64,000 bases of DNA from Candidatus Pampinifervens sinense. GTDB lineage: Bacteria; Aquificota; Aquificia; Aquificales; Aquificaceae. The position numbers and the translations under genes are program-made. Below the pieces are notes generated by a model. The model worked only from the letters and a program-made list of their open reading frames with translations, had not been told where the DNA came from and ran no database searches. Positions 50,138 to 59,442 of this stretch are shown piece after piece. Location: positions 19,281 to 83,280 of the forward strand of contig JAXSPP010000008.1 of NCBI GenBank assembly GCA_037927135.1. The letters run 5' to 3'. Positions within the stretch are counted from its first letter, which is position 1; every line of letters starts with the position of its first letter.

Positions 50138-51399
50138 TGCTCTTCTTCCTCTCCCTTTCTCTCTTTTCACTCCTTCTTGCTGGCATCTTCGGGCTCCTCA
50201 TAGCCCTCACAAGGGCTCCCCTCTTTAAACTCCTTGATTCACCCCTTCTCTTTTACCACTTTTTAGTGGGCCATGTGACCTTTTCTATTACAGTCTGGCT
50301 TATGACCTTTGGTATGGCCTTTTGGCACTACAAGGAGGGCAGGAAGGGGAAGGTAGCACCTCCAGCCACCCTACTCGGTATGCTTTTCCTTTCCCTCTCC
50401 TGCCTTTTTCCCTATGGACAGCCCCAACTCAACAATTATATACCAGTCATAGAGAATCCTATCTTCTACGCAGGCCTTACTCTTTTCTTCTTGGGCTTTT
50501 CTTCAGAGGTACTTTTTAGACTACCGAAAGCTGTAAAAAGCCTTTTGACCCAAGATACACAAACACAACTACTGTCCTTATCCATTATCTTTGGCCTTTT
50601 GACAGTGCTGTCCCTTCTTCTATCCTTGCTCCTTGTAAAAGGTGAAGGAAAGCTCTACTTTGAAAGGCTCTTTTGGATACCTGGACACCTTCAGCAGTTT
50701 ATGTACACAGCCCTTATGCTATGCGTATGGCATGAGCTATTGAAGAAAAACTCCGGAGTGCAAATATCAAGCCCCATTATAAGCTCAGCAAACCTCTTTA
50801 TGCTCCTTTTCTCCTTGACCCTCTTTTATGGCTACCTTACAGATATGCTCTCCCATGGCTTTAGGCTTCTTGTGGTCCTCTCCTTTGGAATAGGCTTGGG
50901 TGTGCCCGTCTTTGTACACACCTTCTATGTGCTAAGGAATATGAGGATAAACAAGGATGTGTCTACCTTGTCCTTGGTCTCTTCCATGCTTGTGTACTAT
51001 GTAGGCGAGTTTATAGCCTACGGTGGGATGCAGAGCGACCTTAGAATACCGGCCCATTATCATGGTGTAGTTTCCGGAGTAACCATAGCCTTTATGGGCC
51101 TTACCTACTATATGCTAAAGGAAAGGCTTGGTTTTGTAAGCTGGGAGAAGTTTGCCAAGCTTCAGCCTGTCATATTTGGTCTTGGTATAAACCTTTTGGT
51201 GATAGGTTTTTACATTGCTGGCCTTTTGGGAGCACCAAGAAAAACTTATGGCTTTGAGTATGTGCAAAAGGCTGAGGTACTTCTTGCTTTGAACGTGATG
51301 GGTATGGGAAGCTTGCTCGCCGTAGCTGGCGGACTTCTCTTCCTCTTTTACTCCCTTGCATCCCTTCTGAGGGTATACAAACATGGTAAAGGTTCTTAG
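50137..51399 (+). CDS. Degenerate heme-copper subunit-I paralogue (polytopic membrane protein)
   Basis: VGHVTFS, FWIPGHLQQF, IPAHYHG, GAPRK; no HH motif; ATG 50137 overlaps the upstream TAA. Confidence 0.72.
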   Translation: MLFFLSLSLFSLLLAGIFGLLIALTRAPLFKLLDSPLLFYHFLVGHVTFSITVWLMTFGMAFWHYKEGRKGKVAPPATLLGMLFLSLSCLFPYGQPQLNNYIPVIENPIFYAGLTLFFLGFSSEVLFRLPKAVKSLLTQDTQTQLLSLSIIFGLLTVLSLLLSLLLVKGEGKLYFERLFWIPGHLQQFMYTALMLCVWHELLKKNSGVQISSPIISSANLFMLLFSLTLFYGYLTDMLSHGFRLLVVLSFGIGLGVPVFVHTFYVLRNMRINKDVSTLSLVSSMLVYYVGEFIAYGGMQSDLRIPAHYHGVVSGVTIAFMGLTYYMLKERLGFVSWEKFAKLQPVIFGLGINLLVIGFYIAGLLGAPRKTYGFEYVQKAEVLLALNVMGMGSLLAVAGGLLFLFYSLASLLRVYKHGKGS

Positions 51400-52114
51400 T
51401 CTCCTTTTTATACTCCTTTCCCTTTGTTTCTCCAACCTTTTGCCCGATGAAAAGAAAACCATCGGCACCTATATGCCTAACATAAGGCTTCAGGACCATG
51501 AGGGGAAGGTCTATAGCCTAAAGGATCTTTCGCAGGGTAAGGTTCTCATAATAAATCCCATATATACCAAATGCTCCTCCGCTTGTCCTGTAATGACAGA
51601 AGAGCTAAAGAAGGCTATAAAAGGCCTTGAGGAGGATGTAAAGGTCCTTTCCATAACCTTTGACCCACGGGATAGTATATTGGACCTAAAAAGGTTTAGG
51701 GAAGTTCATAGTCTTCCAAACAACTGGCTTGTGGCAAGGAGCGATGAAGTGGATAAGCTTTTAAAGGCTATAGACTACAAGTACAGGTATGATGAGAGGC
51801 TTAAAGAGTTTGAACATCCCAACCTCTATGTGGTCATTACACCTTCCGGAAAGATATCAAGATACATATACGGCGTGAGTCCAAGGCTTAGAGACCTAAG
51901 GCTCTCAGTGCTTGAGGCAAAAAAAGAAGACGCAAGCCTTACCCCTGTGGAGAGCTTCTGGCTTAGATGCTTTAGATACAACATAGAGACGGGCACTTAT
52001 CAGATAGACTGGTTTTTCATCTTTGATGTGATGGGAGGTCTTCTTACCTTCATTGTAGTTCCTCTCTTGGTTTGGGGAAGACAGCTTTGGGTCCTATTAA
52101 AGATTTTTCGGTAA
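51383..52114 (+). CDS. SCO1/SenC family copper chaperone
   Basis: YTKCSSACP (CxxxC), SITFDP, FEHP; C-terminal TM. Confidence 0.88.
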   Translation: MVKVLSLLFILLSLCFSNLLPDEKKTIGTYMPNIRLQDHEGKVYSLKDLSQGKVLIINPIYTKCSSACPVMTEELKKAIKGLEEDVKVLSITFDPRDSILDLKRFREVHSLPNNWLVARSDEVDKLLKAIDYKYRYDERLKEFEHPNLYVVITPSGKISRYIYGVSPRLRDLRLSVLEAKKEDASLTPVESFWLRCFRYNIETGTYQIDWFFIFDVMGGLLTFIVVPLLVWGRQLWVLLKIFR

Positions 52115-52121
52115 AAAAATC

Positions 52122-52171
52122 TTGACATTTGTAAATAAACACTTATAATTATAAATATGACATAAATCATA
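52122..52171 (+). promoter_or_regulatory. nirS promoter with two operator-like palindromes
   Basis: TTGACA(52122)-N16-TATAAT(52144); TGTAAAT-AAAC-ACTTATA (52130-52147); TATGAC-ATAA-ATCATA (52156-52171) over +1. Confidence 0.7.
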
Positions 52172-52186
52172 CAAGGAGGTGTGGAC

Positions 52187-53836
52187 ATGAAAAAGTACCT
52201 GCTTAGTGGGATCTTTGGAATGGCAACAGTCTTTGGCCTTTTCACTGTGGTGCCTTCCTTGGCGCAGCAAAAGGAGGATCTCCCCGCCCTCTCTCAAGAG
52301 GAGATGAAGAGAGCAGCCCAGATCTACTTTGACAGGTGTGCTGGATGCCATGGAACTCTTAGAAAAGGTGCCACTGGACCAAACCTATTGCCCGAAAAGA
52401 CAAGGAAGATGGGTGTGGAGACGCTCAAAACCTTTATAACCTATGGAACGCCCGGTGGTATGCCAGACTGGGGAAGGCAGGGATTGCTTAGCCCTCAGGA
52501 GATTGAGCTTTTGGCCAAGTTTTTACTCCATGAGCCACCACCCCCACCAGAGATGTCCTTGGAAGACATGAAGAAGCATTGGAAGGTGTATGTTCCACCG
52601 GAAAAGAGGCCAAAAAAACCCGAACACAACAGAAACTGGCAGAACTTTATGGCTGTCATACTTAGAGATGCTGGAAAGGTTGCCATAATTGACGGTGATA
52701 CAAAGGAACTCGTGAACATAGTGGACACTGGCTTTGCAGTCCATATAGTAAGGTATTCAGCCTCCGGTCGTTATCTGTACACCATAGGAAGGGATGGAAA
52801 GGCTACAATAGTGGACCTGTGGATGAAAAAGCCAGATACGGTTGCTGAAGTAAAAGCATGCTATGACGCAAGGTCTATAGACTCATCCAAATACAAAGGT
52901 CCAAAGGGAGACTTTCTAGATAAGTATGCCATCATAGGATGCTATTGGCCTCCTCATATGGTAATACTGGACGGGCAAACTTTGGAACCTCTAAAGATAA
53001 TTTCAACGAGCTCTTATACCTATGATACTAATGAGTTTGTAAGGGAGGCAAGGGTAGCATCCATAGTGGCTTCCCACCATGACCCAGAGTGGGTGGTAAA
53101 CATAAAGGAGGCTGGACAGATATGGCTTGTGGACTACTCTAACATACGCGCCCCTAGGATAACCATGATAGAGGCAGAGAGGTTCCTACACGATGGCGGT
53201 TGGGATGCCTCAAAGAGATACTTCTTGGTTGCTGCAAACTTCAGAGACACCATATCCATAGTGGATACTAAGGAAAAGAAGCTTGTCAAGAATGTAAAGG
53301 TGGGCAGAATACCACACCCAGGAAGGGGTGCCAACATAGACCATCCCAAGTATGGACCCATATGGTGCACAGGACACCTTGGAGACAACACCATCCAATG
53401 CATTGGCACAGACCCCGTCAGGTATCCCCAGTATGCCTTTAAGGTAGTTGCCAAGTTTGAAATGCCCGGTGAGGGTGGAGGAAACCTATTTATAAAGACT
53501 CATCCCAAATCCCCCCATATTTGGGTAGACAGGCCTCTAAATAACGACCCTAAACTGCAAAGGTCTATCTTTGTCTTTGACAAATACACCTTTAAGCTAA
53601 AGGCTCAGATAGAGATACCAGAAAAGTATGCTGGAAGGGCTGTCCATCTTGAGTACAACAAGAACGGTGATGAAGTGTGGGTCTCTGTTTGGGGTAAAAA
53701 GAACGAGCCACACAAACAAGCCATACTTGTTTACGATGACAAAACCCTAAAGCTCAAGCATGAGATCACAGGAGACTGGGTGGTAACTCCCACTGGACAC
53801 TTCAACGTCTACAACACCATGAAGGACATCTACTGA
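52187..53836 (+). CDS. nirS: Cytochrome cd1 nitrite reductase
   Basis: Signal peptide; CAGCHGTLRKGATG heme c; GFAVH, FLHDGG, PHPGRG, LFIKTHP, TGHFNVYNT; AAGGAGG SD fits ATG 52187. Confidence 0.96.
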   Translation: MKKYLLSGIFGMATVFGLFTVVPSLAQQKEDLPALSQEEMKRAAQIYFDRCAGCHGTLRKGATGPNLLPEKTRKMGVETLKTFITYGTPGGMPDWGRQGLLSPQEIELLAKFLLHEPPPPPEMSLEDMKKHWKVYVPPEKRPKKPEHNRNWQNFMAVILRDAGKVAIIDGDTKELVNIVDTGFAVHIVRYSASGRYLYTIGRDGKATIVDLWMKKPDTVAEVKACYDARSIDSSKYKGPKGDFLDKYAIIGCYWPPHMVILDGQTLEPLKIISTSSYTYDTNEFVREARVASIVASHHDPEWVVNIKEAGQIWLVDYSNIRAPRITMIEAERFLHDGGWDASKRYFLVAANFRDTISIVDTKEKKLVKNVKVGRIPHPGRGANIDHPKYGPIWCTGHLGDNTIQCIGTDPVRYPQYAFKVVAKFEMPGEGGGNLFIKTHPKSPHIWVDRPLNNDPKLQRSIFVFDKYTFKLKAQIEIPEKYAGRAVHLEYNKNGDEVWVSVWGKKNEPHKQAILVYDDKTLKLKHEITGDWVVTPTGHFNVYNTMKDIY

Positions 53837-55449
53837 TGAGATACCTACTTCTTCCCCTACTCCTCCTTTCCCTTTCCTTTGGGGTAGGGGAGGGGCTTTA
53901 TCAAAAGTATTGTTCTTCTTGTCATGGTGAAGACAGGCTTGGGAGGGGTGCACCTCTCCTCTTTCCCCCCTTTTTTATACCAAAGTCTGAAGAAAGAATA
54001 TACCAGGTGATAAAAAAGGGCACCATTGGAATGCCAAGCTTTGAGCATCTAAAAGAAGATGAGATAAGGGCCATAGTTGAGTTTATAAAAGGGCCTGTGG
54101 ATGAAAATAAGTTAAGGTGGAGCAGAGAAGACATAGAGAAGAGCCAAAGCCTATCTCATGTGGAAAAGGTAAGGATAAACAACCTGAGGGGCCTTACTGT
54201 AATGGTGGAGAGGGGGAAAGGTCTCCTTTGGGTGATGGAGGGCTTGGAGGTCCTCAGCAAGGTCCCTGTATCTTACGTGCATGGTGGGGTAAAGTTTTCT
54301 AAGGATGGAGAAGTTTACATACCGTCAAGAAGTGGATGGATAAGCAAGTACTCGCCGGAGAAGGGAGAGATAAAAAAGGTAAGAGCCTGTATATACCTGA
54401 GGAACATAGCTCTCTCTTCTGATGGGAAAGTTCTTGTAGCCTCTTGCTGGCTTCCTCCCTCCCTGGTCTTTTTTGACAAGGACCTAAGACTTATACAGAT
54501 AAAAGAGGTAAAAGGCAAGATAAACGCAGTTTATGAGCTTCGCAACGGCAAAGGCTTTATCTTTACCTTCAGAGACAGGCCCTATGTGGGTCTTTTGAAC
54601 AAGAATGGAAGAATAACCTACAAAGAGCTAGATATCAGCTTGGAAGACTTTACCATAGACCCCCTTGAAGAGTACCTTATAGGTAGCACAAAAGACGGCC
54701 TAAGGATATACTCTTTGAAGGACCTAAAGCTTGTAAAGGAGCTAAAGGCCCTTGGCCTTCCTCACCTTGCTTCTTCCTACTTTTGGTACTCAAAGGGTGA
54801 GTTTTACTTTGCCACCCCACTCCTTGGAAAGCCCCTCCTGTCTATATGGAAGGCTTATAAATGGGAGCATGTAAAGGACATTCCTCTCAAAAGCTTTGGC
54901 TTTTTGGCAAGAAGCAACTATGGCACACCTTATGTATGGGTGGATGAATCCTCGGACACCTTGGCCCTTTTGGACAAAAGAAGCTTAGAGCTAATAAGAA
55001 TAAGGCCAGTGGAAGGCAAAAGGGCTACGCATACAGAGTTTTCCTCAGATGGCAGGCTTGCCTACGTGAGCCTTGAGGATGCTTTAATAATCTATGATGG
55101 AGTGAGCCTCAAAAAGCTAAGAGAATTCCCTGCAAGTATGCCCGCTGGAAAGTATAACTTCTTTAACAAAAGTAGAATCTTTGAAGCTTCCCAGCTTGGC
55201 CATCAGGTTTTTATGGAAAAGTGTTGGGGATGCCACCATACCACAGAGCAAGCCTTTGGACCTCCACTAAAAGGGTCTGCCAAGAAAAGGGATAAGGCCC
55301 TCATAATGGCCCAGATACTTGACCCGCAGAATACCCATAAGCTCTTGGGATATTCAAGGAACGTCATGCCACGTATAGACCTAAGAGAAGAGGAGCTAAA
55401 GGCCCTCATAAGCTTTATGGAGGCGTTAAAGGATGGCTGGATGGATTGA
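53836..55449 (+). CDS. nirN: NirN-like dihydro-heme d1 dehydrogenase with extra C-terminal cytochrome c domain
   Basis: N-terminal CSSCHGEDRLG, HGGVKFS, GLPHL, THTEFS, PAGKYN; second CWGCH...MP domain at the C-terminus. Confidence 0.8.
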   Translation: MRYLLLPLLLLSLSFGVGEGLYQKYCSSCHGEDRLGRGAPLLFPPFFIPKSEERIYQVIKKGTIGMPSFEHLKEDEIRAIVEFIKGPVDENKLRWSREDIEKSQSLSHVEKVRINNLRGLTVMVERGKGLLWVMEGLEVLSKVPVSYVHGGVKFSKDGEVYIPSRSGWISKYSPEKGEIKKVRACIYLRNIALSSDGKVLVASCWLPPSLVFFDKDLRLIQIKEVKGKINAVYELRNGKGFIFTFRDRPYVGLLNKNGRITYKELDISLEDFTIDPLEEYLIGSTKDGLRIYSLKDLKLVKELKALGLPHLASSYFWYSKGEFYFATPLLGKPLLSIWKAYKWEHVKDIPLKSFGFLARSNYGTPYVWVDESSDTLALLDKRSLELIRIRPVEGKRATHTEFSSDGRLAYVSLEDALIIYDGVSLKKLREFPASMPAGKYNFFNKSRIFEASQLGHQVFMEKCWGCHHTTEQAFGPPLKGSAKKRDKALIMAQILDPQNTHKLLGYSRNVMPRIDLREEELKALISFMEALKDGWMD

Positions 55450-55921
55450 AAGCATATCAAAGATAAGGAGGCCCCATTTGGGTGAGGATGTGCCAGTGTT
55501 GGTGTTTAGAGCCTTTAGGGTATTCACGGGCATGTATTTGGAGGATACGGTGGGCCATAAGGGAGCTATAACCCTTGTGCAGAACGCAGGAAGAGAGTTT
55601 GGAAAAGAGGTGGGCAAAAGGCTAAGACATGAGGATTTAGACAAATACATCATGAATGTGGCGGACTTTGTCAAAGACCTACGAGTGGGCCTCTTAATAC
55701 CAATTGAAAGGAGTGAGGAGAGGATCGTGGTAGCTCTTGATGAGTGTATTACATGCTCCGGCATGCCAAACATAGGAAAGAAGATATGCCACTTTGAGGC
55801 TGGCTTTGTGGCTGGTATAGTGGAAAGCTACCTAAACAAAAGGGTAAGGGTTTATGAAAGCAAGTGCAACGCCCATGGAGACAACGTATGCGAAGTGGTG
55901 GTGGAGCTCAACTATGCTTAG
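55433..55921 (+). CDS. Stand-alone V4R domain protein
   Basis: ECITCSG...ICHFEAGFVAG...ESKC...GD..CE V4R pattern. Confidence 0.8.
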   Translation: MAGWIESISKIRRPHLGEDVPVLVFRAFRVFTGMYLEDTVGHKGAITLVQNAGREFGKEVGKRLRHEDLDKYIMNVADFVKDLRVGLLIPIERSEERIVVALDECITCSGMPNIGKKICHFEAGFVAGIVESYLNKRVRVYESKCNAHGDNVCEVVVELNYA

Positions 55922-57002
55922 GATGACGGAGTACTTAAGGGAAGTGTTGGAAGGGAAAAAGGTAAAAGCTTTTGGAGACAGTGTTATACTCATATGGAAC
56001 CTCACCAACAGATGCAACCTCTACTGCAAGCACTGCTATTCCTCTGCAAAGGACATAAGGTCCTATGAGCTCACTTCAGAAGAGGCAACAAACCTTGTAA
56101 AAAGGCTACCCCATATCAAGGTAAAGTTTGCTATCCTCTCCGGCGGTGAGCCTCTGTTAAGGGAGGACCTCTTTCACATAGCAAAACTTTTAAGAGAGCA
56201 AGGCATAAGGACCTACCTTTCTACCAACGGCCTACTTGTTAGAGAGTTTATAAGGGATATAAAAGAGCATTTTGATTATGTTGGGATAAGCATAGACGGA
56301 GAGCCACAGGTCCATGACCTCTTTAGGGGCAAGAGAGGCGCCTTTGAAGAGTCTCTTAATGCCATAAGGCTATGCCTTGAGGAGGGCATAAGGGTTGGAC
56401 TTCGCTTTACCCTCGCTCCCCAAACGGTCAAGAGTCTGCCCTTCATATTCAACCTTGTAGAAAGGGAAGGTATTCCCAAGATTTACATATCTCACCTTGT
56501 CTACTCTGGAAGGGCCAAAAGGCTAACGGACCTGGAAAAGAAGGAGTACAGAAAGGTTGTCAAGTTTATAATTGACAAGGCCTTTGAGTATGTGGAAAGG
56601 GGAATACCCATAGACATAGTCACCGGAAACAACGAGGCGGATGCAGTCCTTCTATATGAAGAATTTTCTAAAAGGTATGCAGACCTATCTGACAGGCTTT
56701 ATGAGAGGCTCTTGCTTTGGGGAGGAAACCAGGCGGGCGTGAGGCTCATAAACATAGACCACCTTGGAAGTGTAAAGCCAGACCCCTTCTTCTTCCACAG
56801 CGTAGGCAATGTGAGGGATGAGGACCTTGTGAAGATATGGCAGGGTAATGGACTACTTAGCTTTCTAAGAGAGAGGCCAAGGAGGCTAAAGGGAAGGTGC
56901 GGAGGATGTAAATACATAGACATATGCAACGGGAACTCAAGGGCAAGGGCCTACGCGGTCCTTGGCGACTGCAGGGAGGAGGATCCAGCATGCTACTTAT
57001 AG
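55914..57002 (+). CDS. nirJ: Heme d1 biosynthesis radical SAM protein
   Basis: WNLTNRCNLYCKHCY, SGGEPL, ISHLVYSGR, GNNEADA, SPASM Cys cluster; ATG 55914. Confidence 0.88.
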   Translation: MLRMTEYLREVLEGKKVKAFGDSVILIWNLTNRCNLYCKHCYSSAKDIRSYELTSEEATNLVKRLPHIKVKFAILSGGEPLLREDLFHIAKLLREQGIRTYLSTNGLLVREFIRDIKEHFDYVGISIDGEPQVHDLFRGKRGAFEESLNAIRLCLEEGIRVGLRFTLAPQTVKSLPFIFNLVEREGIPKIYISHLVYSGRAKRLTDLEKKEYRKVVKFIIDKAFEYVERGIPIDIVTGNNEADAVLLYEEFSKRYADLSDRLYERLLLWGGNQAGVRLINIDHLGSVKPDPFFFHSVGNVRDEDLVKIWQGNGLLSFLRERPRRLKGRCGGCKYIDICNGNSRARAYAVLGDCREEDPACYL

Positions 57003-58024
57003 TGCTTTTGCTCCTGCCAATCTTTGCCTTCTGTGAAAAGCTCTATGTGGTAGAGAGGGAAAGGGGAAAATTGGCGGTTATAGAGGATGGGAGGCTGAAG
57101 GGTGAGATAGGGGGGCTTGGAAATCTAAACCATGCAACGGTGAAGTTTTACAAGGGTTTTGCCTATGTGATAAGCAGGGATGGCTTCCTTTCAAAGATAG
57201 ACCCAGGGGAGGACAAGCTTGTAAAAAGGGTAAAGGTGGGCAACAGCGGTATAGGCCTTGACTTCTTCAAAGGGTATGTGCTTGTGGCCAACTATGACCC
57301 GGATAGTGTGGTGCTATTGGATATGGACCTAAACCTTGTTAAAACCATAAAAACAGACTCAAGGAATGTGGGTATAAAGGCTTACTCTTCTGGCTTTGTT
57401 TTTGCCCTCATGGACAGGGATGAGGTGTGGGTTGTGGAGGGAGAAAAGATAAAAAGGTTAAAGGATGTTGGGAAGATGCCCTTTGATGCTTTGCTATACG
57501 AAGATAAATACCTTGTGGGCTTTTTTGGAGAGCCCTCCCTTGGCATCTTAGACTTAAAGAAAGGTGAATACAAAAAGATAGCTCTAAGTTCTAACGGAGA
57601 GGCTGTTTTTAAGATACCTCACTTTGGCACATGGGGTGTGGTGGATGGAATGGCCTATGTGCCGGCGGTGGGAGAAAGGAAGCTATACCTATTGAACTTA
57701 AAAGAACTAAGGCTGGAGGGAAGTATAGACCTTCCTGGCCTTCCAGTATTTGTAGTGGCTTCTCCCGACAAAAGGCTTTTGGTCGTCAACTTCAGCGGTG
57801 ATAGGGAAGACTACATAGCCCTTGTGGATGTATCCGAAAGAAAGGTGATAAGGGAGGTAAAGGCTGGCAAAAGGATAATGCATATGCGCTTTTCCAAGGA
57901 TGGCAAAAGGCTATATATCTCTTCCTACTTTGATTCTAAGCTAAGGGTTTTGAGCCTTCCAGACCTAAGGCCTATTCAAGAAGTGGATGTCCCAAACCCA
58001 TCGGGCATTTTTGTTTTGCCATAG
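56990..58024 (+). CDS. nirF: Heme d1 biosynthesis beta-propeller protein
   Basis: VVERE, LNHA, SRDG, MPFDA, KIPH, GLPVF, HMRF, PSGIF; ATG 56990. Confidence 0.85.
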   Translation: MLLIVLLLLPIFAFCEKLYVVERERGKLAVIEDGRLKGEIGGLGNLNHATVKFYKGFAYVISRDGFLSKIDPGEDKLVKRVKVGNSGIGLDFFKGYVLVANYDPDSVVLLDMDLNLVKTIKTDSRNVGIKAYSSGFVFALMDRDEVWVVEGEKIKRLKDVGKMPFDALLYEDKYLVGFFGEPSLGILDLKKGEYKKIALSSNGEAVFKIPHFGTWGVVDGMAYVPAVGERKLYLLNLKELRLEGSIDLPGLPVFVVASPDKRLLVVNFSGDREDYIALVDVSERKVIREVKAGKRIMHMRFSKDGKRLYISSYFDSKLRVLSLPDLRPIQEVDVPNPSGIFVLP

Positions 58025-58034
58025 GAGGTGTGCT

Positions 58035-58787
58035 ATGGGTAAAGTATACCTTGTGGGCGCAGGACCGGGAGACCCAGAGCTTTTAACGCTAAAAGCTTTG
58101 AGATTAATAAAGTCCGCAGACGTTATCCTCTACGACAGGCTCATAAACCAAGAGATACTTCTTTTTGCCAAGCCAGACTGTGAGCTTATCTATGTAGGAA
58201 AAGAAGATGGAAAACATACCATAGAACAAGAGAAGATAAACGAGCTTTTGCTTGAGTATGCTCACACAAAGGAAGTGGTGGTAAGGCTAAAAGGAGGAGA
58301 CCCCTTCATCTTTGGAAGGGGAGGAGAAGAGGCCCTCTTTTTGGCAGAGCATGGCATAGAGTTTGAAGTAGTTCCGGGAGTGAGTTCCTTTTATTCAGTG
58401 CCAGCCTATGCTGGCATACCGATAACCTTCAGAGGCATATCTTCATCCTTTGCCGTAATAACGGGACATGAGGACCCAAGAAAGGAAAAATCAAGCATAG
58501 ATTGGGAGAGTCTAAAAGGTATAAACACCTTGATAGTTCTAATGGGGGTCTCAAGGAGGAAGGAGATAGCCAGAAAGCTAATAGAGGTAGGAAGAGATCC
58601 AAAGGAGCCTGTGGCCTTTATAGAGAATGGTACCACAGAGAGGCAGAGGGTGATTCTAACAGACCTTTATGAGCTTTCCACAAACCCGCCTGAGGTAAAC
58701 CCACCTGCCATAATGGTGGTGGGAAGTGTGGTAAGGCTCAAAGAAAAGCTCTCTTGGTATGAGGCTACCTTACATAACACTCCTTGA
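58035..58787 (+). CDS. nirE: Uroporphyrinogen-III C-methyltransferase
   Basis: VGAGPGDPELLT, RLKGGDPFIFGRGGEE; position in the nir operon; ATG 58035. Confidence 0.9.
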   Translation: MGKVYLVGAGPGDPELLTLKALRLIKSADVILYDRLINQEILLFAKPDCELIYVGKEDGKHTIEQEKINELLLEYAHTKEVVVRLKGGDPFIFGRGGEEALFLAEHGIEFEVVPGVSSFYSVPAYAGIPITFRGISSSFAVITGHEDPRKEKSSIDWESLKGINTLIVLMGVSRRKEIARKLIEVGRDPKEPVAFIENGTTERQRVILTDLYELSTNPPEVNPPAIMVVGSVVRLKEKLSWYEATLHNTP

Positions 58788-59442
58788 CATACTCCTTTAG
58801 CCTATTTGCTAAACTCTTTAGCTCCTCTTCTGTGTAAGTAGTTTTATGCCTGTAGCTTGGGTCTAAGGTTTTTCTTGGGTTGAACCTCTGAAGATAATAC
58901 CTTTTTGCCCCTTTTATAAGGCTTCCAACCTGAAGAAGGTCTTCCTCTGAAAGAAGCTCCTTCACCACAGTGGTCCTAAACTCATAATCTTTTGCCCTCT
59001 CCATTATAAGCCTTATACTCTCTTCTATCCTTTTCACATCCACCTTTGCCCTTACCACCTCTTCATACTTATAAAGGGGTGCCTTTACGTCCATGGCCAC
59101 ATAATCCAAAAGGTCTATTATCCTCTCAAGAGGCTGTGGATTGTGGCCGTTGGTGTCTAGCTTTACAAGATAGCCCATATCCTTTATCCTTTTTATAAAG
59201 TCTTCCAAATCCCTTTGAATAGTTGGCTCTCCACCGCTTATGACCACACCCTCCAACATTCCCCTTCTTTTCCAAAGGAAAGAAATTATCTCCTCTTGAG
59301 GAATACTTTTAGCTGTGCATAGAACAAGCTCAGGATTTTGACAGTAAGGGCACCTAAAATCACATCCTTGAGTAAAAACTATGCAGGCCATCCTGTTAGG
59401 ATAGTCTATCAGGGTAAAGCTTTGAAAGCCCCCTATGTTCAT
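58765..59442 (-). CDS. Anaerobic ribonucleoside-triphosphate reductase activating-like radical SAM protein
   Basis: IDYP, GCDFRCPYCQN, SGGEPT, KLDTNG, EFRTT. Confidence 0.8.
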   Translation of the reverse strand: MNIGGFQSFTLIDYPNRMACIVFTQGCDFRCPYCQNPELVLCTAKSIPQEEIISFLWKRRGMLEGVVISGGEPTIQRDLEDFIKRIKDMGYLVKLDTNGHNPQPLERIIDLLDYVAMDVKAPLYKYEEVVRAKVDVKRIEESIRLIMERAKDYEFRTTVVKELLSEEDLLQVGSLIKGAKRYYLQRFNPRKTLDPSYRHKTTYTEEELKSLANRLKEYVKECYVR

